A DNA stretch of 63,659 bases, filler included, from Neoconidiobolus thromboides FSU 785 (lineage: Eukaryota > Fungi > Entomophthoromycota), in NCBI GenBank assembly GCA_025603075.1. It is 6 parts of 6 records of this genome, joined end to end, with 100 filler letters (N's around TTAATTAATTAA, not from the genome) between each part and the next. Parts side by side here need not be neighbours in the genome. Positions count along the whole stretch, not along the records: positions 43,127 to 53,368 come from MU626648.1; positions 53,469 to 58,847 come from MU626752.1; positions 58,948 to 62,496 come from MU626815.1; 3 more parts are not named here. The stretch is one strand, 5' to 3'. The position numbers were made by a program, and so were the translations under genes. The notes beneath the pieces are model-generated. The model saw nothing but the letters and a program-made list of their open reading frames with translations. It was not told the DNA's origin and did no database searches. The stretch's first letter is position 1. Each line of letters begins with the position of its first letter. Shown one piece after another: positions 50,609 through 61,095 of this stretch.

Positions 50609-50681
50609 TGATCCCGCCAGGGATCGAACCTGGAATCTTCTGTTCCGTAGACAGACGCCTTATCCATTGGGCCACGGGACC
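50609..50681 (-). tRNA. trnR-ACG: tRNA-Arg (anticodon ACG), intronless
   Basis: GGTCCCGTGGCCCAATGGATAAGGCGTCTGTCTACGGAACAGAAGATTCCAGGTTCGATCCCTGGCGGGATCA: acceptor stem, TCTGT/ACAGA anticodon stem, GTTCGA T-loop, downstream T6 terminator. Confidence 0.97.
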
Positions 50682-50767
50682 ATTTTAAATTTTTATTTCA
50701 AAAAAAATATATAACTAACTACGAGCAAAATATTTTACAAATTTTATCATTCCTGAATCTCCCATTA

Positions 50768-50863
50768 GGGGATGTATCTTTGTTTAAGAGTTTTACTGAC
50801 AATCTTTCCATTCAAATAGTGCTTAAAAAATGGAAAAGTAATGAAATCGAAAAAAACATCCCC
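50768..50863 (-). mobile_element. MITE copy
   Basis: TSD ATTA/ATTA. Confidence 0.95.
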
Positions 50864-50885
50864 ATTAAAATAGATTTAATAAATA

Positions 50886-50992
50886 GGGGATGTGTTTTTT
50901 CGTTTTAAGAATTTTGCTAACAGTCTTTCCACTTAAAACTCAAATAGCGCTTAAAAAATGGAAAAAGTGATGAAGACAAAAAAAACATCCCC
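50886..50992 (-). mobile_element. MITE copy
   Basis: Full GGGGATGT/ACATCCCC ends. Confidence 0.93.
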
Positions 50993-51160
50993 AAATATTA
51001 TACTTAAAAATCAAGTCCCCCACCTGGGCTAATTTCAAGTAACTAAAACTAGGTCGAATAGTGATAATTTCGATTTTGGTTTTTTATACTATATTCAATA
51101 ATATCTTATATGCGTATTAGCTTCAAATTAGTTGATTTTTAAAATTTTAAGCTAACATAT

Positions 51161-51259
51161 GGGGGATGTTTTTTTGATTCCAACTACTTTTCCATTTTTA
51201 AGTGGCTATTTGAGTGGAAAAATTCTTAGTAAAATTCTTAAACGAAAAAATACATCTCC
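51161..51259 (+). mobile_element. MITE copy
   Basis: TSD ATAT/ATAT. Confidence 0.93.
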
Positions 51260-51814
51260 ATATTATTTAAAATAATATAAAAGTTTTAGGAAATTAATTA
51301 TAGCAACTAATTTAGCTTTTTAGTATGTATTTTTAACTTAAGGTTTTACTTACTTTTTTGCCTTTTTTTAGAAAACTTAATATTCTACATTTTCAGGCTG
51401 GAAACTTTTAAGTAGTGTTTTAAAATAAACCCTATATAACCAGTTGGTTTTAGCTTTTTTTTAAATAATGGCTTAATTAAATAAAGATAGTATATAAAAT
51501 TAAGCAATATAATTTTTTTTTGTTTTTAAATACTAATATTAGTTATATTATCGTTAGTAACTAAAATTTTAGTATTAAAATTATTATTAATTGATAGCAG
51601 TTTTACATAATAGCAGTTATTATATAAAACTGTTTCATTTTTAAATAAAAAAGTATATTTTCATACTTTTATCGTTTATTACCGCTAAAAGTCTATCTAA
51701 AGCTATTTTATTTTTAAATTTATCTAAATTATTTGAAAAAGTCTTAAAATAAAGGATTTGGATTTGCAAAAATTAAAATAAAAAGTAATACTTATAAACT
51801 ATTTTAATCAATAT

Positions 51815-51904
51815 GGTGGTATTTTTGTGTTTAAGGGTTTTTAGTAGCAAATTTTCCGCTTAAATAGTACTTAAAAAGTAGAAAGTAGTGAAATTAAAAA
51901 AACC
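51815..51904 (-). mobile_element. MITE copy (in left arm of palindrome)
   Basis: Consensus match. Confidence 0.88.
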
Positions 51905-51940
51905 AATTATAACAATAATAAACTAAGTAAAATAATATTA

Positions 51941-52036
51941 GGACTGTTTTTTTGGTTTCATTACTTTTTCTATCTTTTAAGCAGTATTTGAATGGAAAGA
52001 TTGTAGTAAAATTCTTAAATATAAAAATACATCCTC
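51941..52036 (+). mobile_element. MITE copy (in left arm of palindrome)
   Basis: Flanks ATTA/ATTA. Confidence 0.9.
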
Positions 52037-52066
52037 ATTAGTAAAATCATTTTAAGTTTAACATAT

Positions 52067-52159
52067 GGGGGATGTGTTTTTTTAAGAATTTTACTACAAT
52101 CTTTCCATTCAAATACTGCTTAAAAGATAGAAAAAGTAATGAAACCAAAAAAACAGTCC
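52067..52159 (-). mobile_element. MITE copy (in right arm of palindrome)
   Basis: GGGGGATGTG start. Confidence 0.9.
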
Positions 52160-52195
52160 TAATATTATTTTACTTAGTTTATTATTGTTATAATT

Positions 52196-52290
52196 GGTTT
52201 TTTTAATTTCACTACTTTCTACTTTTTAAGTACTATTTAAGCGGAAAATTTGCTACTAAAAACCCTTAAACACAAAAATACATCATCCCC
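52196..52290 (+). mobile_element. MITE copy (in right arm of palindrome)
   Basis: Ends CATCCCC followed by ATAT. Confidence 0.88.
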
Positions 52291-52546
52291 ATATAAGAAT
52301 TATTAATTTTTTTATTTTAATTTTTATTTAGCTATTAATATTTTAAATAAATACATTATTATACTTTAACTGTTTTACGTCCTCTTTCTTTTAACATTTT
52401 CTTAGTTTATTATTGTAATATCTTACTATATTATAACATTTGCTTATTAACTTTTAATCTAAATAGTTTAATATCTAAACTATCTGCTATAAATAATATA
52501 AGTTTAATGGTATTTTACAACTTTATCACTTTGTTCTCTAATAAAT

Positions 52547-52641
52547 GGAGATGTGTTTTTGTGTTTAAGGATTTTACTAACAATTTTTCGCTTAAATAGT
52601 GCTTAAAAAATGTAAAAAGTAATAAAGTTAAAAAAACTCCC
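52547..52641 (-). mobile_element. MITE copy
   Basis: TSD AAAT/AAAT. Confidence 0.92.
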
Positions 52642-52768
52642 AAATCAAGGTTTATTAAAATTGAAAATCAGCTTAAAATTTTTTTAAATATAATAAAAAA
52701 TTTATAAACTATTTATAGAACTAAAATTCTAGCTGTTATTGTATTTAGTTGAATCTAAATAAAAACAT

Positions 52769-52900
52769 GAGGATGTCTGAATTAGTTTCATTACTTTATA
52801 CAATTTTTAAATATTTTATATTTTAGAAATTTTGCTTAAAATTCTATAAGAACAAGTTTTTTATTAAAACAAAAGCACCCGAACCCAGTTCTGAATCATT
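52769..52900. mobile_element. Longer TIR-family variant B fragment (copy 2)
   Basis: GAGGATGTCTGAATTAGTTTCATTACTTT; aligns with 1761-1896. Confidence 0.6.
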
Positions 52901-52956
52901 CTATTATAGTCTATACTGTAAATTAGTTGAATTTCTACTAGAGCTTAAATACATAT

Positions 52957-53368
52957 GGGGCTGTCCTAATTGGTTTCAGAATCTACTTAGAAATTAATCC
53001 AAATTTTAAATTTTAAGTTTGTGTCCAATATAACGGTTAAATCTAAAAAGCCCAAAGTTAAATCTCTCTATTTAAAACTTATTTTAATTGTTTCCTTTTC
53101 TTAAATAGCTAATTTTCCTAACTATATATTTTATGTTAGTTCTGTTAGATATTTAGCAGATATATAATATATAACTATATGATTATATAATTATATAAAT
53201 ACAGTTATTTGACTTTATTTTTTGTTGAAATAAAAATAAAATGCAAACTTTCATAACTAAACTTCGAAATGAATTTTTGAAAATTTCAATACAATAGGGA
53301 GGAGTACACAATATAAACATTGTAATTCATTTACATCAATTTTAAGAGCTACTTATAACAACCCAAGG
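52957..53368 (+). mobile_element. Family R element left end and leader, running into the gap just before the ORF start
   Basis: ATAT then GGGGCTGTCCTAATTGGTTTCAG; ends ACAACCCAAGG, matching 43379-43390 in reverse complement. Confidence 0.8.
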
Positions 53369-53468
53369 NNNNNNNNNNNNNNNNNNNNNNNNNNNNNNNN
53401 NNNNNNNNNNNNTTAATTAATTAANNNNNNNNNNNNNNNNNNNNNNNNNNNNNNNNNNNNNNNNNNNN
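53369..53468. other. Assembly gap with linker
   Basis: 44 N + TTAATTAATTAA + 44 N. Confidence 0.97.
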
Positions 53469-53571
53469 TTAACAAAGCATCTTCATCACCAAGGATAGCT
53501 CTAATTGGAGTAATACTGACAGCATTTAAAGCTGCGATAGAGAAAGTAGAGTACAATAAAAAGAAACGCAT
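53469..53571 (-). CDS. 5' fragment of a secreted-protein paralog (rest in gap)
   Basis: MRFFLLYSTFSIAALNAVSITPIRAILGDEDALL versus MRSILLYSAFSITVLNAISITPIRAILGDEDAIL at 56603. Confidence 0.85.
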
Positions 53572-54199
53572 TGCTATTTGATTAACTGTATAGGGCTGTA
53601 TAAAGTAGTATTAATGATAGTATTTTAATTTAATAGTTAGCGATTAGAACTGCGTTTATATACTTCTTTTACACCTAATGTTTAGCTAAAAATGAATAGG
53701 CCTTAATTTCCATCCAAACCGACATATTGTTGTAAATAAAACCTCCACCTATACAAACAATATAATTTTTAATCAAGTAACTTTTTAAGTTCTTCTAGTT
53801 TGACAATAAAATTCATATCATTAAACAAAAATTTATTTAACTTTAAAAAGTTAATATTTAATTTATTGGGAATTAGATTTGGTTAAATTGAACCAATTTA
53901 AGTTAATAATGCTTCCAACTGAAATTGAAATTTGAAATTTATCGAGAATGAATAAAATTCAGATAGAAAAGGACCTATGCACTATCAATTAGGTAATCAG
54001 CCCACCCTATCCTTTTGTTTATAATAACATTGTTTAATTCCCTTTATAGTAGTTGTTATTTCTAAGTAAGGTACAATGACAACTCAAAGCCAAATATTGG
54101 ATTTTATATTAAACTTTGCTTGTTAAATTCGTTTAACTTAAAATTAGCAAAAAAACTGATCTTAGTTAAATAACAAAAAGGGGAATTGTGAAAATAATC

Positions 54200-55750
54200 A
54201 TACATATTTAGTTTTATTTAAAATCCTGAAAAGAATCATCTTTCTTTCTGTAAAGATTTAACTTCAATGCATTTGAAACCATAGCTAATCCTACTCACTA
54301 CATCCCTTACTTTCATATAAAATGTCTCTTCTATGAAGAGACGGAAAGAGAACTGGCCATTGTTTTAATTCTTGTTTGAAGATCCATAAAAGATGCAGTC
54401 TAATAATATGATGTATCAACCATCTCAACTTTATCTTTGATAATCTCTAGTATGGATACAATCAGCTTCTAATGGCTTTTGTTTCGGGTTTACCCCTGCC
54501 TCAATTCTTCATTATAGCACCAAGGCTCTGGAAAACTTGCTCTACATATATAAAATTACCATTTAATAATTATAAATCCCTCCTTGACACTTCTTGTATA
54601 TTACTTCATGTCTGTGCATTCTTTCACATATTGAAACTTCAAGTAATTAAGCCCAACTTGCTCAAACCTAAAACAGGTACACATTTGATTACCAATCCAA
54701 TAGGAGATTTGGTTTATTTTAAAAAAAATTAGAAAGAGGAAATGAACGGTAGATAAGGGATTAAAGGTAATGAGGACTATATGAGACTTTTGATAAAGCG
54801 GAAAAGTTCACTACTTGCAGTTGATCTAGAGTTTTTGGGCTATACTGTGTTCAATAGTAAAGGTATTTAAAACTATTCTAAAGGAGCTCACATCATTCTG
54901 ACACTAGAATATGTATGGAAAAAGAGGACTTATTGACTCTTTGTAGCTTTATGAAAACTTTAGAATTACTACGCCTGAAAGTGAATAGTTATCCGTCAAC
55001 AAGTTGGCTTCCCTTTCCTTGCTATACTTCCCTTTAACTTTCAATCCTTTGTTATTGAGTTTATCATTTAAAAAATTTTATTTTTAAGGATATATAACTT
55101 GTAAGTTCGTCGCCTTTAAGATTTTTTAGAAAGGCTTGAAAGGCATAAAGATATTAAACATCATCTCAATAATTAGAAATGTTTTGGTCTTCGATTTTTT
55201 CGATTACTGATTCGTATGGAAGGTTTGGTTTAATATTTTTTTTCTTGAGATGTCATAATATTAATTGTTTTGTTAACTAAAATAAAAAGATAAATATTGG
55301 GGGTAGGACCATTCATGAAAGGCACTATAGAAGCGTTAGAAGAGAGTCTAAACCCACCTGTCTTTTCTAGGTTGGAAGAGACAAAATATAATCTATTTCG
55401 TTTCGAATCTTCATGAAGCTCCCCATTAAATAGAAAGTCTGATTGGGCTAAATGGTAAGAAGGTGAAATAAGCAGGGTTAAAGTAGATTATACTAAACCT
55501 ATTATACAAGACGTACAATCCCATAGAAAGGATCCAAGCTCTTGCTAAGGAAGAAGAGAAAGAATTGTCAGAAAGAAAGATAGGGAAACTAACAATAGGT
55601 AATCGGGTAATGGAATCGAGCTTAAAGGCTTTGACTATATGCGTCCAAAGAAAGGGAACCAAGGAATAATAATTAAAGCAATGGAAGAGAAGAAGTTCAA
55701 GTGAGCGACAAAGATCCGATTTATTTAAAACAGGTAAAATACTAAGAAAA
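54200..55750. other. GC-richer, stop-ridden coding-like relic, probably transposon-derived
   Basis: Compositionally distinct from flanks; no frame stays open; family not recognised. Confidence 0.3.
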
Positions 55751-56009
55751 ATAAGAGATAGATATCTTAATTCTCGAGTTTATTACTCTATTTTTTAACA
55801 AACTTTAAATTAATTGATGAATAGTATAAATACCCTATTTTAGCCCAAGCAAACAACTGTAAGAGATTAACCAAGTTGTAATAAAATAAAAAAATAATAA
55901 TAAAATAAAATAGAAAAATAAACATAATAACAAAAATAAAGCACGAACTAATATATGATTGATGTATGGTTTAATAAGTTAATAATAAAAGCTAACTGTA
56001 AACAATATA

Positions 56010-56603
56010 TTAATAATACTGATGATGGTTATGGTAACCATTATCATAGTCATCGTCATAATCGCCATTATCATAATAATCACCATCACTATCGTAATTA
56101 TCCCCATTGTTGTTATGATAATTTTTATCACCACCTTTATGTGGTTTTGGATGAGCTGGCTTTGTATCGGCAGGCTTTGGAGTAACTACTCCTGGTGGAG
56201 AATTGACTTTTGGAACACTATTTGGTTTAGGAACTTGATCTTTACAATGTGGTTGAATAGTATTAAGTACAATGTCGATGGCATTAATGCCCTTTCCATA
56301 CTTAGAAGATTTTGCACTTAGTACTTTGAAATGAGAGCAAGGGTCTTTACCTAACAATAACAAATCTAACAAAGATTTAGATGCTGGGGTATTGTTAGGC
56401 CCACAGTGTAGTTTTTTATCTTCTTTTAAATCAACTTTCAGATCAGCAATTTCATGGCTACCTGGTATTTTGGCTGCTGCTAGATTACCAACGCAAAGTT
56501 TTAAGATGGCATCTTCATCACCAAGAATAGCTCTAATTGGAGTAATGCTGATAGCATTTAAAACTGTGATAGAGAAAGCAGAGTATAATAAAATAGAGCG
56601 CAT
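56010..56603 (-). CDS. Secreted 197-aa protein: signal peptide, 4-Cys domain, Pro/Lys linker, Asp/Tyr/Asn/His tail
   Basis: Intact ORF with hydrophobic N-terminus ending ..VLNA; two partial paralogs nearby. Confidence 0.85.
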   Translation of the reverse strand: MRSILLYSAFSITVLNAISITPIRAILGDEDAILKLCVGNLAAAKIPGSHEIADLKVDLKEDKKLHCGPNNTPASKSLLDLLLLGKDPCSHFKVLSAKSSKYGKGINAIDIVLNTIQPHCKDQVPKPNSVPKVNSPPGVVTPKPADTKPAHPKPHKGGDKNYHNNNGDNYDSDGDYYDNGDYDDDYDNGYHNHHQYY

Positions 56604-57445
56604 ATTAATTATGATATATTAGAAATTGAATACATATATATCATGATAAAGCGAGGTATTTATACCACATGAATCTACATCAACGTGTTGATAAAAATAG
56701 ATATAAGTTAAAAAGCGAGTAAGGAAAGTTATTATAAACATTGCATTAGCTTATAATGGAAATTTCAATTCCTTATTAGAATAAATGGTTGCTAATAAAA
56801 ATAATCTTGTGCTTGATTCTAGATTAAGTAATAACTGAAAGCCTTACATATTATTTCGTAAAACTTTGATTAATAGCATTGCTTTATAACAGTTAAGTGC
56901 CACAGTATTTTCAGTTAAACAATGAAAAGAATTTTACTTTGAAAAGTTAAATTTTAGGTTGTTATTTTCATGATGCATTAGCTTATTTTTAAAACTCAGT
57001 ATTTTAACACAAATATAAACTAATATACACAAATACTGTCAACACCTTGCTTTTACTATAATAATATGGACTCTATATTATATTTTGTTAAAAAATTTAA
57101 TTGCTGTCTCAAAACCATTATTGAATTTAGTGATAAAACTATTATTAAGGCAATGAAATATGGGTATTTTATTTAGCATAGTAAAGGATAAGCCAACATA
57201 TTGATTTATAAACGCTTTCTAGTACTAAAAAAAGCATAGGGTATATTAAAATCCTATATATAGTATATTGAACTGTTTATTCACATTAAATTACATTGAC
57301 CTTTCCATAAATTTCCTTACAGTTGGAAGTAAGTTTATTGCGGCAGGGCATAGATTATAATAGCAAATGATTTTTACTAAAAAATAATTGTCTTTAAATT
57401 TACTAATTTTTATGTAAAGCTATTAGGAAGCTTATGGAAAGATAT

Positions 57446-57543
57446 AGGGGTGTTTTTTTTGGTTTCATCACTTTTCGCACTTTTTAAGCCCTATTTGAGC
57501 GGAAAGATTGTAATAAAATTCTTAAACAAAAAAATATATATCC
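57446..57543 (+). mobile_element. MITE copy
   Basis: TSD ATAT/ATAT. Confidence 0.9.
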
Positions 57544-57824
57544 ATATAATAATCTAAACTTTTACGTTGTATTTAAGATTGTTTATTTGTTTTAAAGTAT
57601 TTGCTTTAGAGTGTTATTTAAAAAGAATATTTTGATAATGTAAAATATTAAATAAAATATTAAATATATAGCCAATACCTCCTTTTAAAAAGGGTTTAGC
57701 ATTGGTATTATATTGATGAGATAATTCAATTTTTTTCAATAGGTTATTTATAGTACTGCAAATTCACTGAATCAAATAAAAAAGATATTTTAAATCAAAA
57801 AATCAATAAGACAGAGATTATTAT

Positions 57825-57923
57825 ATAATGTGTTTTCTTGCTTAATAATTTTACTAGTAATCTCTCTGCTTAAATAGCGCTTAAGAAATGGAAAAAGTGA
57901 TGAAGCCAAAAAAAAACAGCTCC
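57825..57923 (-). mobile_element. MITE copy (left end degenerate)
   Basis: TAAATAGCGCTTAAG..GGAAAAAGTGATGAAGCC core. Confidence 0.82.
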
Positions 57924-58732
57924 ATATGTTGAATCAAACCTACAGTCTTGTTTACACAATAAGTTTACTGAAAAAAATCTAACTTATCTTTGCAGTTTCA
58001 AAACAAGTCGAAATTTATTTTTAGAATAATGTTATTTCTAATTCATAAATATATATTAAGGTTAAATATAGGTATCATTAACTAACGACTGATTGAAAAT
58101 TACTTATTCATTCCTTCTAAGGATTTACTTTCTGCCTATCTATGTTTTTGTAGAACCTTTTTAATAAATTCGCTTTAGGTTAACTGTAGCAGCGTTTTCT
58201 TCGAAAACTAGTAACCCCCAAGGGGTTGGGAGAAGTTTGAAGTGTATAGAATAAAGACGCTAAAGACTGTTTACAAATGTTTGAAAATGTCAAGGATTGT
58301 AGCAAACTATTGAGTTGTTAAAATTTAAGCATCCTTTATTTTGATAGCTAAACAAATTCCTTGAATAATGTTGCTACCAAATTTACATGAACTGGCGCAT
58401 CTCCACCATACTATTTTCAATAAATTTGGTTTTTACCAGGTTCAAAAATCTTTCATTCTCCACCTTCTCCCAACCTTGAAATCCTTGTCAAGGTTTTTAC
58501 TTTTTCTACATAAAGTGGCAATACAGTACCTGGTCTTGACTTCTTCTTGAAAAATAATACTATTAGAATACTCCAATTTTAATTTTAAGAATTAAAAATT
58601 AGTTTAAAAAGATAGTTATGACTAAGATAAAAATGTAATATTTAAGTTGTAAAAAAACAAAAGAAGTCTAATAATTTTATCTATATTTGTAATGAAATAT
58701 GCTATTTTTATTAATATTAGTACTTGTTAACC

Positions 58733-58847
58733 TTAATCATAGTTTCTTCTACCATCATCCTTAGGTGGCTTTGGATCAACTGGTTTTGGGGTAACTGGGG
58801 GAATAGGATCAGTTTTTGTCTCACCGTTTGGTTTAGGAGTATGGTTT
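58733..58847 (-). CDS. 3' fragment of a secreted-protein paralog (rest in gap)
   Basis: NHTPKPNGETKTDPIPPVTPKPVDPKPPKDDGRRNYD* aligns with QVPKPN..PGVVTPKPADTKP..KGGDKNYH. Confidence 0.75.
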
Positions 58848-58947
58848 NNNNNNNNNNNNNNNNNNNNNNNNNNNNNNNNNNNNNNNNNNNNTTAATTAAT
58901 TAANNNNNNNNNNNNNNNNNNNNNNNNNNNNNNNNNNNNNNNNNNNN
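58848..58947. other. Assembly gap with linker
   Basis: 44 N + TTAATTAATTAA + 44 N. Confidence 0.97.
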
Positions 58948-59252
58948 AAATAATACTACATTTATCTGACTAATGATTGTTAGTTGATAATATTGTATAA
59001 TCTATGCTTTATTAATTGAATTTATAAGATACATTAATAGTATGATGGAATTTAATAATTTATCAGTATGGAAGTTTAAGTCATCTAAACTATACAACAT
59101 GTATATTATGATATATAGAAGTAACATTTTATTGTAAAACCCTTGTTATTTAAAATACGTAATAAAAAAACATTAGTAGTAGTTATTATTTTATACTTTT
59201 ATTTAAATTTACTTTTGATCCTAATAAGAACAGAAAATAAGAATCATCAATT

Positions 59253-59349
59253 GGGGATATATTTTTTTATTTAAGAATTTTACTAACGATCTTTCCGCTT
59301 AAATAGCGCTTAAGAAATGGAAGTAATGAAATCAAAAAAAAACATCCCC
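59253..59349 (-). mobile_element. MITE copy
   Basis: TSD AATT/AATT. Confidence 0.95.
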
Positions 59350-59521
59350 AATTAGTGAAAGCAAATGACAAAAAAATTGAAATACAAAACTCAGTAGAGC
59401 TAATTCAATTACATAAGTACTATAGAATGAGGCGCAATCAGTTTAGTCTTAAATTTTATTATCTTTCGAAATCAATATATATTAACTTTTGTTTTACCAT
59501 TACCGTATATTTAAAATCTAG

Positions 59522-59833
59522 CATAGAATCGGCAATTATGGCACGCATAATCCTTATTCTCTTCAAGAAGAGTATTGCGAAGCTGATGATATTTACGATG
59601 ATACCTGCAACGAGAATGTTCATGGCGTTAATTATTATTGTAATAACGTAGATACTCAAGGGAAATATAAAGAGCCCAATAATCATTGTTATAAATCGTT
59701 TGATGTACTTGTTGACGAGTCTAATGGAGCTGGCCTAATCCAAGGACAAGAAATTGATGCTGCAACGCAAAATCGGATCAATAAAAGAGCTAAAAAGAGT
59801 AATAAAAAGAGTGATTCGATCACTTTATCATAG
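59522..59833 (+). CDS. Orphan 103-codon open frame with 4 Cys and no in-frame ATG (terminal exon or pseudogene)
   Basis: HRIGNYGTHNPYSLQEEYCEADDIYDDTCNENVHGVNYYCNNVDTQGKYKEPNNHCYK..KKSDSITLS*; preceded by TAG (possible acceptor); GC-richer than flanks. Confidence 0.45.
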   Translation, partial: HRIGNYGTHNPYSLQEEYCEADDIYDDTCNENVHGVNYYCNNVDTQGKYKEPNNHCYKSFDVLVDESNGAGLIQGQEIDAATQNRINKRAKKSNKKSDSITLS

Positions 59834-60112
59834 ACTAAAAGTAAAACTTACTGGACCACTATGTTCTGCTTTATGATAAATACAGGCTAGTTAAATGTAT
59901 TGATTTCATTATATAATTGTTTGTTGAGTGTTAATATTCATATCAAATTAGAAATTTATTTATCTTTCGTAAAAATTATATTGTTATATTGTTATAATTT
60001 AAGGAAACCTGGTATAAATTCGAATTTTACTATGGTCTTCTAAAAAGGTAATACTATTTTCGATTAATTGATTCACCTTTTTAGAGAATGCTCAGGCCTT
60101 TGAAGATGGTAT

Positions 60113-60211
60113 GAGGATGTTTTTTTTGGTTTCATTACTTTTTCCATTTTGTGAGCGCTATTTGAGCGGAAAATTTATTAGCAAAATTCTTAAACAAAAA
60201 AATACATCCCC
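60113..60211 (+). mobile_element. MITE copy
   Basis: TSD GTAT/GTAT. Confidence 0.95.
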
Positions 60212-60562
60212 GTATCATTGATTTAAAGCAAATATTCCAGGCCAGGATTCCTACCTTATTAAACATTAGATTATATCACCCTCTATAATAAGGGATAGAA
60301 AGCAATAGTATATATAACTAATTTAACAGTTTTAAAAAATATGTACCAAATTAGATCAAGTTTATTATTCCTGGTAGTAGATAAATAGATATAGCGTATA
60401 CTAACGATTCTTAGTAACAATTAAGCAAGAAAATTGCTAAATTACAAATTTGAATAAGCCAAGCTCTTAAAATTGCATACTTTATTTTGTGATATCGGGG
60501 CAAAAGCTTATCAATCGGATAACAATATTAAAAGCTTTGGAAAAATAATAAAATTTAAAAAC

Positions 60563-60655
60563 AGGGATATATTTTTTTAAAGAATTTTACTAATAGTTTT
60601 TCCACTCAAACAACGCTTAAAATGGAAAAAGCGACGAAATCAAAAAAACATTCTC
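60563..60655 (-). mobile_element. MITE copy
   Basis: Consensus match, diverged. Confidence 0.83.
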
Positions 60656-61095
60656 ATAGAATTTATATTTTTAGTAAAAAATGATTAGATTGTTTAATAT
60701 CAGTAGATCTATGCTTGAAATGCAAAAGTGGAGTTTTATAATACATCTATTGACTTTTTTACATATAAAACTTTAAAAGATAGCTTTTAGGAATCGCTAC
60801 ATTTAAGCGTCTCATTTTTTTAACAAGTTATTTTTTATACGAACATGATAATAATACAAAACTATAGTCGCAACTCCATGTAAAAAATATTTACAACAAT
60901 TTAAAAAACATAAGGGCATTTAAATGTAGCAGTTTAGATATTTTAAATAATTAACTATTTTTCAAAATTCTTAATCATGTAAAAGCGGAAAATAGAATAA
61001 TTAGTTAATTTAGAACAGATTACAAAAGGGGTTGAACCGTGACTGTGGAAAATCTAATATAAAAAAGAAAAAAAAAACAAATATAATTTCAGAAA

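Larger units (their letters stand above)
51819..52281. repeat. Perfect 201-bp inverted repeat with 61-bp spacer
   Basis: 51819-52019 equals the reverse complement of 52081-52281 in my base-by-base check. Confidence 0.92.

Noticed and set aside
55955-56622. Plus-strand ORFs 55955-56185, 56022-56321 and 56392-56622, including a His-rich one
   Set aside because: Antisense shadows of the secreted-protein gene, which has the signal peptide and paralog support.
59355-59686. Track ORFs 59355-59651 (+) and 59459-59686 (-)
   Set aside because: They look compositionally non-coding; the third plus frame (59522-59833) is the more protein-like reading.
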